Positions 8,640 through 18,608 of a stretch of 64,000 nt of DNA are shown here, in pieces. The notes under the pieces are model-generated. The model was not told where the DNA came from, ran no database searches, and saw only the letters and a list, made by a program, of their open reading frames with translations. The position numbers and the translations under genes are program-made. The DNA is taken from the NCBI GenBank assembly GCA_963663385.2, contig CAXXXD010000004.1:480001-544000 (forward strand), given 5' to 3'. Source of the DNA: Oceanispirochaeta sp. GTDB taxonomy: Bacteria; Spirochaetota; Spirochaetia; DSM-2461. Within the stretch, counting starts at the first letter, position 1. The number at the start of each line of letters is the position of its first letter.

Positions 8640-10189
8640 GTTACAAGCTTGGAATCGATGTTGGGGGAACCAATACGGATGCGGTGCTGATTGATGATCA
8701 GAACCGTATCCTCTCCCAGATAAAAACCCCGACTACCGAAGATGTTATGACCGGTATTAACCGGGCGGTTCTCTCTGTTCTGGATCAGGTGGATATTAAA
8801 CGGCAGGATATCGGACATGCCATGCTGGGGACAACCCACTCAACCAATGCCATTGTTACCAGAAAGCATCTTCTCAAGACCGGAGTGCTCCGGATCGGCA
8901 AGCCTGCCACCATGTGTATCGAGCCCATGACTGACTGGCCCCGGGAGCTGCTGGAAGCCGCCAGCTGCGGAACCTATATGATTACCGGCGGTCATGAATT
9001 CGACGGCCGGGAGATTTTCCCCCTGGATGAGGAGGAAATCCGGCAGGCCTGTGCCGATATGAAAGGCCGGGTAGAGGCTGTTGCTATTACCAGTGTGTTC
9101 TCTCCTGTTTCATCAGCCCATGAAACCAGAGCCATGGAGATCGTGAAGGAGTCCCTGGGGGATATCCCCGTGACGGTTTCAAATGAGATTGCTTCAATCG
9201 GTATCCTGGAAAGAGAAAATGCCACTATCCTGAATGCTTCCCTGAATAAGGTGGCCCGGACTATGGCGGAAGGTTTTCATAAGGCTCTCAAAGAGGCGGA
9301 TGTTACGGATGCGGAAGTCTATATCTGCCAGAACGACGGAACCCTTATGAATATGGATTACGCGGTTGAGTATCCTGTTCTCACCATCGCCTGCGGCCCG
9401 ACCAACAGTATCCGGGGCGCTTCATTCCTGAGTGGAAAAAAGGATGCCATTGTTCTGGATGTGGGAGGTACGACAAGCGATATCGGTGTTATAAAGGGCG
9501 GTTTCCCCCGGGAATCATCCCTGGCTGTTGAAATCGGCGGCGCCCGGACGAATTTCCGTATGCCCGACCTGAACTCCATCGGTCTGGGGGGCGGGACCAT
9601 TATTCACCGGAATGGCGACAGTTTTACTGTCGGTCCCGACAGTGTGGGGTATCAGATTACGGAAAGAGCCCTTGTTTTCGGCGGTGATACCCTGACGGCT
9701 ACGGATATTATTGTACGCCTCGGGATGTCCGATATAGGAGATCCATCCCTTGTTTACCATATGGACCGGGATTTTGCCCGGGCGGTTTTCGACCGGATGA
9801 TGGAGACCGTAAGCAACGGGATCGACCGGATGAAGCTTTCGAAAGATCCTGTTCCGGTTGTTCTGGTCGGAGGAGGCAGTATTCTGATAGGAGATACCAT
9901 TGAAGGTGTGGCCGATCTTATCCGTCCGGAGAATTTCGGCGTGGCCAATGCCCTGGGCGCTGCGATCTCTCAGGTCAGCGGTCAGATTGAGAGGGTGTAC
10001 TCTCTGGATCAGATCCCCCGGGAAGAAGCAATGGCGGACGCCCGGAAAACTGCCGTGGATGAAGCCGTTAAGGCAGGAGCGGAAGAGTCTACCATTTCCA
10101 TTGTGGAAGTGGATGATGTGCCCCTTGCGTATCTGCCAGGCAATGCTACCCGCATCCGTGTAAAAGCTGTAGGATTCCTTAAAAAATAA
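8636..10189 (+). CDS. Hydantoinase A/5-oxoprolinase-family ATP-dependent protein
   Basis: GIDVGGTNTD, GTTHSTNA, ERENATILNA, GPTNS, DVGGTTSD, SIGLGGG, GPDSVG; ATGA overlap with DUF917. Confidence 0.92.
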   Translation: MSYKLGIDVGGTNTDAVLIDDQNRILSQIKTPTTEDVMTGINRAVLSVLDQVDIKRQDIGHAMLGTTHSTNAIVTRKHLLKTGVLRIGKPATMCIEPMTDWPRELLEAASCGTYMITGGHEFDGREIFPLDEEEIRQACADMKGRVEAVAITSVFSPVSSAHETRAMEIVKESLGDIPVTVSNEIASIGILERENATILNASLNKVARTMAEGFHKALKEADVTDAEVYICQNDGTLMNMDYAVEYPVLTIACGPTNSIRGASFLSGKKDAIVLDVGGTTSDIGVIKGGFPRESSLAVEIGGARTNFRMPDLNSIGLGGGTIIHRNGDSFTVGPDSVGYQITERALVFGGDTLTATDIIVRLGMSDIGDPSLVYHMDRDFARAVFDRMMETVSNGIDRMKLSKDPVPVVLVGGGSILIGDTIEGVADLIRPENFGVANALGAAISQVSGQIERVYSLDQIPREEAMADARKTAVDEAVKAGAEESTISIVEVDDVPLAYLPGNATRIRVKAVGFLKK

Positions 10190-10190
10190 T

Positions 10191-10278
10191 AGAATACCCC
10201 TCTCCCGGACCTCCCCCGGCCCCTCAGGAGAGAGAGTAATTACTTCTCCCCTCGAGGGGAGACTGAGAGGGGTATTCT
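10191..10278. repeat. REP/MITE-like palindromic element between convergent operons
   Basis: Perfect 14-bp terminal IR AGAATACCCCTCTC / GAGAGGGGTATTCT enclosing the perfect 18-bp palindrome TCTCCCCTCGAGGGGAGA (10245-10262). Confidence 0.7.
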
Positions 10279-10299
10279 TCCTTCTCTGCCGGATGCAGC

Positions 10300-11757
10300 T
10301 CAGCGCTTCAGAAAGGCTTTTCTGGTCAAACCCAGTTCAGAGTAAATCCCCGTGTTTTCCCTTATGGGGTGAAACTCTTTTCTTGCGTTGTGATCCATCT
10401 CTGCCCACAGGGCATCGTAGGACGGCGTTTTATTCAGCGCTGTCATCCCGTTCATCCAGGCCCCTAGAGCTGTGGCTTCTCCGTTTCCCCAGGCCGTCAC
10501 TGATTTGTTATAGCAGTCCGCCTGGATCTGGTTGTACAGGTCGAAACGGGTCATGCCGCCGGAAACCGACACCTCTTCAATGGGGCCTGTCATCTTCTCG
10601 ATGGCCTTCAGCTGCTCCCCGAGTTCCATGGCTATGCCTTCCAGAACGGCGCGGGCCATGTCCCCCCTTGTCGTATTCAAGTCCAGGTTGAGATAAGCCC
10701 CTTTCAAGGCTCTTTCGCCGCTGATCCCTTTAAAATGGGGAATCAGAATTACCCCGTTTGAGCCGACCGGGGAGGTCCTGATCTCGCTGTCTATGAGGGA
10801 AAACCTGGTTTTTGCTTCCACATCAGGGTTCATGAAGGTTTCGCTGAACCAGCGGTAGATAGTTCCCGCCGTAAGCATATTGGCTTCGACGATATACTTT
10901 CCCGGGATGGCGGATATATTGCAGAAAATCTTTTCCTCCGGGTCGTGTACCACTTTGTCGGACAGGCCGATAACATAGGCCCCGGTTCCCGTATTAATGG
11001 CAACTTTCCCCGGGGAAGTGATCCCCAGACCCAGGGCCGCACACTGCTGATCCCCTCCTCCTGTTATGACGGGGGTTCCTTCGGGAAGGTTTGTCAGTTT
11101 TGCTGTTTCTTTTTTGAGAGAACCGCAGATACTTCCGGGAGGGACGACTTTCGGGAGCTGTTCCGCCTTGAGGGAAAAGAGTTCCAACAGGGAGGGGTCC
11201 CATCTTCTTCTCTTCAGGGAGTAGAGGTTGAATCGGCTTGCAATGGATTCATCCGTAATGAATTCCCCGGTCAGGAGGAACATGAGGTAGTCGTAAACCC
11301 CTGCCATTCTGGCTGTTTGTTCCGCTATTTCCGGACAGTTCCTTTTGATCCACAGCATCTTGACTGCAGAGAATACAGGGGACAGGGGGAGTCCTGTTTT
11401 GCGGTAGATCCGGCTGCTCGTTCCGCCCAGTTCCTCACAAAGGCTTTCTGTTCTCCTGTCCTGCCACATAATGGCGGGCATAAGCGGGTTCCCTTCTCTG
11501 TCAGCCGGGAAAACGGGTGACCGGAAGGCTGTCAGGCTGATGCCTTCCAGGGACTCCCCCTTTTCAGAAAGGTGGCGGCTGCAGTCTGACAGGATCTCCA
11601 GCAGAGACTGTTTCCAGGCAAGAGGATCCTGTTCAACACGGATCGTGTCCGGAAAACGGGGGCTGGTTGTTTTTTGGCTTGTAAAAACAGCACGTCCTCT
11701 TTCATCGAAAAGGATACCTCTCATGCTTGTTGTTCCCGTATCCAGGGACAGTATCAT
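10300..11757 (-). CDS. FGGY-family carbohydrate kinase
   Basis: LDTGTTS, WQDRR, GGGDQQCAALG, RAVLEG, VSGG and ATALGA motifs. Confidence 0.92.
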   Translation of the reverse strand: MILSLDTGTTSMRGILFDERGRAVFTSQKTTSPRFPDTIRVEQDPLAWKQSLLEILSDCSRHLSEKGESLEGISLTAFRSPVFPADREGNPLMPAIMWQDRRTESLCEELGGTSSRIYRKTGLPLSPVFSAVKMLWIKRNCPEIAEQTARMAGVYDYLMFLLTGEFITDESIASRFNLYSLKRRRWDPSLLELFSLKAEQLPKVVPPGSICGSLKKETAKLTNLPEGTPVITGGGDQQCAALGLGITSPGKVAINTGTGAYVIGLSDKVVHDPEEKIFCNISAIPGKYIVEANMLTAGTIYRWFSETFMNPDVEAKTRFSLIDSEIRTSPVGSNGVILIPHFKGISGERALKGAYLNLDLNTTRGDMARAVLEGIAMELGEQLKAIEKMTGPIEEVSVSGGMTRFDLYNQIQADCYNKSVTAWGNGEATALGAWMNGMTALNKTPSYDALWAEMDHNARKEFHPIRENTGIYSELGLTRKAFLKR

Positions 11758-11772
11758 TTGCTTCCTCTGTTA

Positions 11773-12465
11773 TTAATTTTGGCCATAATAGGCGTTTTTG
11801 CCATGTTTTCTTAAAAAGTGTTTATTCATCAGATCCTGCTGCATGGCGGAGCAGGCCGGGTTGATGCTCAGGCTGGATGCGGCCATAAAAGCCAGTTCCT
11901 CCAGCACCACCGAATTATGAACCGCATCTTCCGGGCTTTTCCCCCAGGTGAACGGACCGTGCGAACAGACCAGCACCGCGGGTACAAAGGCGGGGTCGAT
12001 ATTTCTGCTTCTAAAGGTTTCGACAATAACGTTTCCCGTTCTCAGTTCATATTCGTCTTTTATTTCCATTTCAGTCATTTTTCTGGTACAGGGGATCGGC
12101 CCGTAGAAATAATCCGCATGGGTTGTACCAAGAGCGGGGATGTCCCGTCCGGCCTGAGCCCAGGACGTACTGTTTCTTGAATGGGTATGAACAATTCCCA
12201 TGCACTCGGGAAAGGCTTTGTAGAGAGCCAGGTGGGTGGCCAGGTCGCTGGAGGGTTTGTATCTCCCCTCAACCACATTTCCATCCAGATCGCATACTAC
12301 CATATCTTCGGCTTTCATGGTTTCGTATTCTACACCGCTCGGTTTGATAATCACCAGTTTTTTTTCGCGGTCGATTCCGCTTACATTCCCCCATGTGTAG
12401 GTTACCAGGCCTTTCCGGGGGAGTTCGAGGTTTGCTTCGAAAACCCTTTTTTTCAGTTCATTCAT
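11773..12465 (-). CDS. araD: L-ribulose-5-phosphate 4-epimerase (AraD/UlaF)
   Basis: [49 protein letters not shown]. Confidence 0.95.
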   Translation of the reverse strand: MNELKKRVFEANLELPRKGLVTYTWGNVSGIDREKKLVIIKPSGVEYETMKAEDMVVCDLDGNVVEGRYKPSSDLATHLALYKAFPECMGIVHTHSRNSTSWAQAGRDIPALGTTHADYFYGPIPCTRKMTEMEIKDEYELRTGNVIVETFRSRNIDPAFVPAVLVCSHGPFTWGKSPEDAVHNSVVLEELAFMAASSLSINPACSAMQQDLMNKHFLRKHGKNAYYGQN

Positions 12466-13330
12466 CTGTGTATCCCCCTTCTTCCATTTTTTTCAGCATC
12501 CATTCCCGGGCTTTTTTTATTTCCAGAATCGGGTCGTCCGCCTTTTCGGTCCACATCTCAATAAGAAAGGGGCCTTTGTAATCAAGCTCGTTCAGCAAAC
12601 TGAAAAAGGCCGGGAAATCAACACAGCCCTCCCCGAAGGGAACTTCCTTGAACTGACCGTTAAATACTCCCGAGACTGCTTTTGTATCTTTCAGATGGAT
12701 GGCGGAAATCTGATGAATTCCTCTGGTGATTTCTTCTGTAATATCATTACCCCACGCACTGAGGTTCCCAATGTCCGGATAAACTGTAAACCAGGGGGAT
12801 GATATCTTCCGGGAGTATTCAAGAAAGCGGCTTATTGAATTCAGAAGAGGGTGATCCATGATTTCCATGCTGAGCATCACTTCCGCTTTGGCTGCCCAGT
12901 TTACGGCCTGCTTCAACCCGTTCAGGAAGTTTTCCCGCGTTCTGGCGTTGCCGGGGGTATAATATACATCATACCCGGCCAGCTGGATATTCCTGATGCC
13001 GAGGTCGACCGCCAGTTCGATTGCTTTTTTCATTATAACCAGAGCGGTTTTACGTGTTTCAGGATCTTCGCTGCCCAGAGGAAATTTCCGGTGCCCGCTC
13101 AGGCACATGGATGGAATTCTGACTCCCGTCTCGGCGATATTCTTAACGAGTTCAAGACGCTCTTCCTGTGTCCATTCGAGGCGTGCCAGGCGCCTGTCCG
13201 TTTCATCAATGGATATTTCAACAAAATCATAGCCGGTATCCCGGGCTATCTCCAGTTTCCGCCTCCATGTGGTTTCGGGAGGCAGGGCTTTTTCATATAT
13301 ACCCAGGGCCTGTTTGTCCAGATTGTACAT
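12458..13330 (-). CDS. ulaE: L-xylulose/L-ribulose-5-phosphate 3-epimerase
   Basis: [55 protein letters not shown]. Confidence 0.95.
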   Translation of the reverse strand: MYNLDKQALGIYEKALPPETTWRRKLEIARDTGYDFVEISIDETDRRLARLEWTQEERLELVKNIAETGVRIPSMCLSGHRKFPLGSEDPETRKTALVIMKKAIELAVDLGIRNIQLAGYDVYYTPGNARTRENFLNGLKQAVNWAAKAEVMLSMEIMDHPLLNSISRFLEYSRKISSPWFTVYPDIGNLSAWGNDITEEITRGIHQISAIHLKDTKAVSGVFNGQFKEVPFGEGCVDFPAFFSLLNELDYKGPFLIEMWTEKADDPILEIKKAREWMLKKMEEGGYTDE

Positions 13331-13339
13331 AAAATCTAC

Positions 13340-13990
13340 CTAGCTCCAGTATTTACGGATCTCATTTTTCCATGCTCTGGCTTCTGCTGCAGGATCTTCG
13401 GCATTCCGCAGGTTTCTGCCTACGATAAAGCATTTTACAGGGATATCTTTAAAAAGCTTGATGACATCAATTGTCAGACCGCCGGTAACAGATACTTCAA
13501 AACCCATCTCTGCCAGTTTCTTGACAACTTTCATATTTGCTTCACCCCAGGATCCTCCCGAGTTTAACGCATCCCGGCTCTGATGGTAGATTACCTGTTT
13601 GAGACCGATCTTTTTCCACTCTTCGGCTTCTTCGAAAGTCCAGTTGCCAAAAAGCTCAACCTGAACTTCCCCGCCCAGTTTTTCAGCAGCTTCTACTGCT
13701 TTGGCTTTGGTGGCGTTAGCGGCGTTGCACATCACGGTTACCCAGTCTGCACCTTTGGAGCATGCCATATCCGCCAGTTCGCCACCGGCATCGACTATCT
13801 TAAGATCCGCAACAATTGTGTTATCGGGGTACAGTGTTCTTATTGTCCTGATTGATTCTGCACCTGTTGAGAGACAGAGAAGAGTTCCCGCTTCTATAAC
13901 GTCCAGTTCAGGAGCAAGCACTCTGGTAGATTCCAGTGCTTCGCTTATGGTGAAATTATCTAATGCAACCTGTAATAGAGGTAACGGCAT
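13340..13990 (-). CDS. ulaD: 3-keto-L-gulonate-6-phosphate decarboxylase
   Basis: PLLQVALD, IEAGTLL, ADLKIVDAG, QVELFG, YHQSRDA, VTGGL, FIVGR. Confidence 0.93.
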   Translation of the reverse strand: MPLPLLQVALDNFTISEALESTRVLAPELDVIEAGTLLCLSTGAESIRTIRTLYPDNTIVADLKIVDAGGELADMACSKGADWVTVMCNAANATKAKAVEAAEKLGGEVQVELFGNWTFEEAEEWKKIGLKQVIYHQSRDALNSGGSWGEANMKVVKKLAEMGFEVSVTGGLTIDVIKLFKDIPVKCFIVGRNLRNAEDPAAEARAWKNEIRKYWS

Positions 13991-14176
13991 GATTCACTCC
14001 TTTATTTCATCAATAGATATGATTATTAAACAATCAAAACGAACATATTGTCAAGTGATACTTTCGTTTGAAATGGGTCTGATTTGACAGGAGTACACTC
14101 CAATATCTTTGTATATAGGTAAATATGTCTATATTTTAATAGGGTTACGTTGTTTGTTATCTTTTTTAATATATTT

Positions 14177-14231
14177 CAAATGATCAAAATGATTATTATG
14201 AGTTGACAAATGATCATTTCGGTGGGACAAT
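14177..14231 (+). promoter_or_regulatory. Sigma70 promoter of ulaG overlapped by DeoR-like operator repeats
   Basis: TTGACA (14203-14208), 17 bp, TGn-GACAAT (14226-14231); CAAATGATCA at 14177 and 14207. Confidence 0.7.
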
Positions 14232-14286
14232 GAATCATTCAATGCATAAAAAATGAGGGATTATCCATTAATTCATAGGAGACATA

Positions 14287-15351
14287 ATGAGTAAGGTAGA
14301 TGAAATTACGCGAGAGTCCTGGATTCTTAATACATTCCCCGAGTGGGGGACCTGGCTGAATGAAGAGATTGAAGCCGAAGATGTAAAACCCGGGACCGTA
14401 GCCATGTGGTGGCTGGCCTGCACCGGTATGTGGATTAAATCGGAAGGCAATACCAATATTTGTATTGACCTGTGGACCAAGACAGGGAAAAGATCCCAAT
14501 CCAACCCCTGGATGAAGGATCAGCACCAGCATCAGAGGATGATAGGCTGTAAAAAACTGCAGCCCAACCTCCGGAATGTGCCCTGTGTCCTGGACCCCTT
14601 CGGGATTAAAAATGTGGATGCCATTCTGGCTACCCATGACCATGGCGACCATATTGACGAGAATGTTGCCGCGGCTGTTCTGCAGAACTGCAGTGATGAC
14701 GTTCCTTTTATCGGGCCTCAGGCCTGTGTGGATCTCTGGATCGGCTGGGGTGTCCCCGAAAGCCGCTGCAGGGTGGTGAAGCCCGGCGATACGGTTAAGC
14801 TGGGAGATATTGAGATCATTGCCCTCGACTCCTTTGACAGAACAGAGCTGGTAACGGCTCCCGGAGGTGTTACTCTTAAGGGGAAAATGCCTCAGGACAT
14901 GGATCGCCTGGCTGTAAATTATCTGATTAAAACACCCGGAGGCAATATCTATCACAGCGGTGATTCCCACTACTCCAATTATTATGCCAAACATGGTAAT
15001 GATTACAAAATTGATGTGGCATTCGGTTCTTATGGTGAAAATCCCCGGGGGATGACCGATAAAATGACATCCGTGGATATTCTCAGAATGGCGGAATGCC
15101 TCAATACTCAGGTAGTAATCCCCTTTCACCATGATATCTGGACAAACTTTCAGGCGGATCCCGCCGAAATCAAGGTTCTGTGGCAGATGAGAAAGGATCG
15201 TCTTCAGTACAAGTTCAAACCCTATATCCTGCAGGTAGGCGGTAAATTCACCTTCCCTGACGATAAGGACAGGATGGAGTATCACTACCCCCGCGGGTTT
15301 GAAGATGCCTTTGCCATTGAACCGGATCTGCCCTTCCGTTCTATGCTCTAA
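14287..15351 (+). CDS. ulaG: L-ascorbate-6-phosphate lactonase (metallo-beta-lactamase fold)
   Basis: [56 protein letters not shown]. Confidence 0.96.
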   Translation: MSKVDEITRESWILNTFPEWGTWLNEEIEAEDVKPGTVAMWWLACTGMWIKSEGNTNICIDLWTKTGKRSQSNPWMKDQHQHQRMIGCKKLQPNLRNVPCVLDPFGIKNVDAILATHDHGDHIDENVAAAVLQNCSDDVPFIGPQACVDLWIGWGVPESRCRVVKPGDTVKLGDIEIIALDSFDRTELVTAPGGVTLKGKMPQDMDRLAVNYLIKTPGGNIYHSGDSHYSNYYAKHGNDYKIDVAFGSYGENPRGMTDKMTSVDILRMAECLNTQVVIPFHHDIWTNFQADPAEIKVLWQMRKDRLQYKFKPYILQVGGKFTFPDDKDRMEYHYPRGFEDAFAIEPDLPFRSML

Positions 15352-15449
15352 GCTGGTTTTGTTGGAAATCTGGGCTGCGTAGCGGCCCTTGATTGATATC
15401 GTTGTGTCCCTGCAGATTAACTGCAGAGACAAAAAACAGGAGGATCTTT

Positions 15450-16802
15450 ATGAAAAAAATGTTAGCTGTCCTGATCATTACAGCTATGGCATTTACCCTT
15501 TTTGCTGGTGGCCAGCAGGAAGCTGAAACACAGGCTGCGGCCTCAGGCGAATTCGACTGGCGTCAGTTAGAAGGGACTACTATCGTCACCTGCTTTCCCA
15601 ATCATGTAACCTACAATGCTTTAATGCCTCTTATTCCCGAATTTGAGGAACTTACGGGGATTAAGGTTGAAGTGGACCTTCTTCAGTATATGAAGATGCA
15701 TGATAAACAGGTTCTGGAAATGAGTAAACCTTCCGGTGACTACGACCTCATTTCCATGGTTTGTATGTGGAAGTCCGAGTACGCAACCGCCGGTATGCTG
15801 ACACCACTGGAACCCTTCTTTGAAAATCCTTCCCTGGCTTATCCCGATTATGATTTTGACGATCTTGTACCGGCCTATGTTGAAAATACAGGTTATGTAG
15901 GCGGTAAAAAAGTATATCTGGGCGGTCCCGGTGCCACCCTCTACGGAGTGCCTTTCGGTGCGGAGACCAGTATCCTTATCTATAGAAAGGATATCTTTGA
16001 AGAGCATAATCTGAAAGTTCCTGAAACTTACGATGAAGTTCTGGAAGCTGCCAAATATATCTATGAAAATGTAGACGGCGTATATGGTATGACCAGCCGC
16101 GGTGCAGCAGGTCATCAGGCCAATGCGGCTTACCTTCTCCATGCCTCCCCCTTTGAAGCTCAGGTTTTTGATGATAACTGGGAGCCTGTTATGAATTCTC
16201 CCGAATCAATTGCTGCTCTGAACTGGATGAAGGAAATGTTCAGCTACGGACCTCCGGGTATGACCAGTTTTGCCCAGGACGGCGAATTTCAGGCTTTCCT
16301 TCAGGGAGATGCAGCCATGTACCTTGATGCCTGTGTTTTCGCCGGTAAGGCCAGAGATCCCAAACAGTCCAAAGTATATGACAAGCTCGGTTACGCCATG
16401 CACCCCATGCAGGAAAACCGGCTCAGTGAATCCGGTGGTTTCGGTCTGGCAATTCCTGCCAACAGCAGCAACCCCGAAGCGGCTTTCCTGTTTATGCAGT
16501 GGATGACCAGCAAGGAGATTGAGCGCAAAGTTATTGATAACGGCGGCGCGCCCTTCAGGATGAACTCTGTATCGGATCCTGTACTGCAGAAAAAATACCC
16601 TGAGTTTGAAGTCCTGGCCAAACAGCTTCCCCATGTCAATCCCGACTGGAGACCTATCATTCCCGAATGGGGGGAGATCAACAATATGATGGGTATTGCG
16701 GTTAACCAGGTTCTGACTGGCGAAAAAGAACCTCAGGAAGCTATGGACGATATCGTCGCTCCTATCCGGGAAATAATGGTAAGAGCCGGTTATATCAAGT
16801 AA
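15450..16802 (+). CDS. Carbohydrate ABC transporter substrate-binding protein (CUT1)
   Basis: AGGAGG RBS; signal peptide ending FAGGQQE; GVPFGAETSILIYRKD, PETYDE, AFLFMQW. Confidence 0.9.
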   Translation: MKKMLAVLIITAMAFTLFAGGQQEAETQAAASGEFDWRQLEGTTIVTCFPNHVTYNALMPLIPEFEELTGIKVEVDLLQYMKMHDKQVLEMSKPSGDYDLISMVCMWKSEYATAGMLTPLEPFFENPSLAYPDYDFDDLVPAYVENTGYVGGKKVYLGGPGATLYGVPFGAETSILIYRKDIFEEHNLKVPETYDEVLEAAKYIYENVDGVYGMTSRGAAGHQANAAYLLHASPFEAQVFDDNWEPVMNSPESIAALNWMKEMFSYGPPGMTSFAQDGEFQAFLQGDAAMYLDACVFAGKARDPKQSKVYDKLGYAMHPMQENRLSESGGFGLAIPANSSNPEAAFLFMQWMTSKEIERKVIDNGGAPFRMNSVSDPVLQKKYPEFEVLAKQLPHVNPDWRPIIPEWGEINNMMGIAVNQVLTGEKEPQEAMDDIVAPIREIMVRAGYIK

Positions 16803-16817
16803 GATTTAATACTAATT

Positions 16818-16861
16818 GCCGCCCCCTGTGCATAATTGGCAGTGGAGGCGGCTTTTTTTTC
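16818..16861 (+). terminator. Stem-loop with U tract after the SBP gene (partial terminator or mRNA stabiliser)
   Basis: GCCGCC...GGCGGC followed by a T8 run. Confidence 0.6.
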
Positions 16862-16874
16862 GGGAGGTACTCTT

Positions 16875-17753
16875 TTGGCTTTATTGCACAGTAAGAAAAG
16901 TCCTTACATTTTTATTTTACCGGCACTCGCTATCCTGCTGTCGGTTCTGGTTGTTCCAGTATTTTCCAGTATCCGACTGAGTTTTTTCGAATGGTCCCTG
17001 CGGGATATCAGGAATGCTCCCGCTTTTATCGGACTGCGGAATTTTATTGAAATTTTCAAAAGTGAATATTTTCATACCAGTATCAGGGTTACTCTGATTT
17101 TTACTGTCAGTGTTGTGGTGCTGGAGATGTTTATCGGAATGATAATCGCTCTTATGCTGGAAGAAGGTGTCCCCGGACTGAGACTGTTTAGAACAATCTT
17201 TATCCTTCCTGTTATGATTGCTCCGGTTGTTGTCGGTGTTGTCTGGAAGTTTATGTATAATCCCTCCTACGGGAAAATCAACTATTTTCTGACACAGCTG
17301 GGGCTGAAACCGGTTGGCTGGCTTTCTGATCCCCAAATGGCCCTGGTGTCCATTATTATTACGGATATCTGGCAGTGGACACCCTTTGTTTTTCTGCTGC
17401 TTCTGGCAGGTCTTCAGGGCATCCCCGGAGATCTGAGTGATGCCGCTAAAGTGGACGGCGCCAATTACTTTCAGAACCTGATCCATATCAAGCTGCCCTG
17501 TATCTCCGGTGTAATAGGAATTACTGCGGTTCTGCGTCTGATAGATGCTTTCAGGGGCCTTGTTGTTATGTTTATTATGACCAATGGCGGACCGGGAATG
17601 TCTACGGAAATCCTGTCCCTTCATCTGTATAAAACGGCTTTTACGGATCAGCGGCTCGGCAAGGCGTCTGCTGTCGCGGTTGTCCTGCTCTTTATCATTA
17701 CCATGCTCTCCATTGTGTTTGTCCGCAACAGCATAAAAGAAGAGAAGAGGTAG
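16875..17753 (+). CDS. Carbohydrate ABC transporter permease
   Basis: GGAGG RBS then TTG; DIWQWTPF and the EAA loop DAAKVDGA. Confidence 0.92.
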   Translation: MALLHSKKSPYIFILPALAILLSVLVVPVFSSIRLSFFEWSLRDIRNAPAFIGLRNFIEIFKSEYFHTSIRVTLIFTVSVVVLEMFIGMIIALMLEEGVPGLRLFRTIFILPVMIAPVVVGVVWKFMYNPSYGKINYFLTQLGLKPVGWLSDPQMALVSIIITDIWQWTPFVFLLLLAGLQGIPGDLSDAAKVDGANYFQNLIHIKLPCISGVIGITAVLRLIDAFRGLVVMFIMTNGGPGMSTEILSLHLYKTAFTDQRLGKASAVAVVLLFIITMLSIVFVRNSIKEEKR

Positions 17754-17760
17754 CCCGGTT

Positions 17761-18594
17761 ATGAATATGACAGCAAGAAGAAAACTGAATGAAAGAATCC
17801 TTTTTATTCTTATCGTGATCGGGGCAGTCATCTGCCTTTTCCCGATATATGAGATGATCTCCACCTCTCTGAAATACGAAGTGGAGGCCTTTTCCATACC
17901 ACCTAAATGGATCTTTACGCCGACTCTGGAAAATTACGGCAGTATTCTGACCAGTAATAATTTTGGAAGGTACTTTGTAAACAGTATTATTGTAGCTCTG
18001 TCTACAACCTTTTTCAGTGTGATAGTCGGTGCTCTGGCAGGTTATTCCATTTCCCGTTTCCGGTACAGGGGAAAAAAGCTTATTGTAATTCTAACCCTGC
18101 TGCTCCGGATGATACCCCCGGTTATACTGGTAATCCCGGTATTTGTCATCTGGAACTCCATCGGACTGGCTAATACGAGAATCGGTCTGGTTCTGGTTTA
18201 CATCGCCCTGAACCTGCCATTTAATATCTGGGTTCTCCAGACGTTCATATCGGATATTCCCCTGTCTCTGGATGAGTCGGCTACGATTGACGGTTGTTCC
18301 GACTGGGTTGTTTTTCATAAAATAATCCTTCCCCTGATTGCGCCGGGGCTGTCTGTAGCAGGAATCTTTACGTTTCGGATTGCCTGGAACGAATATATTC
18401 TCAGTTTAGTCCTGACAAACCGGTACACAAGAACACTGCCGGTTGCGGTTTCCCTCTTTCTGACAGATACAGGAACAGAATGGGGAAAGATTACTGCTAT
18501 TGCCACAATTATTGCGGTCCCTGCATTTATTTTTACTTTTACAGCAGCCAAGAGTCTGATTATGGGTATGACTGCCGGTGCGGTAAAGGGCTAG
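17761..18594 (+). CDS. Carbohydrate ABC transporter permease
   Basis: ESATIDGC EAA loop, AWNEY, C-terminal GMTAGAVKG. Confidence 0.92.
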   Translation: MNMTARRKLNERILFILIVIGAVICLFPIYEMISTSLKYEVEAFSIPPKWIFTPTLENYGSILTSNNFGRYFVNSIIVALSTTFFSVIVGALAGYSISRFRYRGKKLIVILTLLLRMIPPVILVIPVFVIWNSIGLANTRIGLVLVYIALNLPFNIWVLQTFISDIPLSLDESATIDGCSDWVVFHKIILPLIAPGLSVAGIFTFRIAWNEYILSLVLTNRYTRTLPVAVSLFLTDTGTEWGKITAIATIIAVPAFIFTFTAAKSLIMGMTAGAVKG

Positions 18595-18608
18595 GGGAGT
18601 TGTTGAAT

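Noticed and set aside
14239..15432. 397-aa antisense ORF over ulaG
   Set aside because: Antisense shadow of a highly conserved gene; no RBS or domain
16917..17897. 326-aa antisense ORF over ABC permeases
   Set aside because: Mirror of hydrophobic codons; not protein-like
18480..18608. Cys/Tyr-rich N-terminal extension of the UroD-like ORF
   Set aside because: Out-of-frame overlap with the permease 3' end; the family start MTSKERV is at 18609
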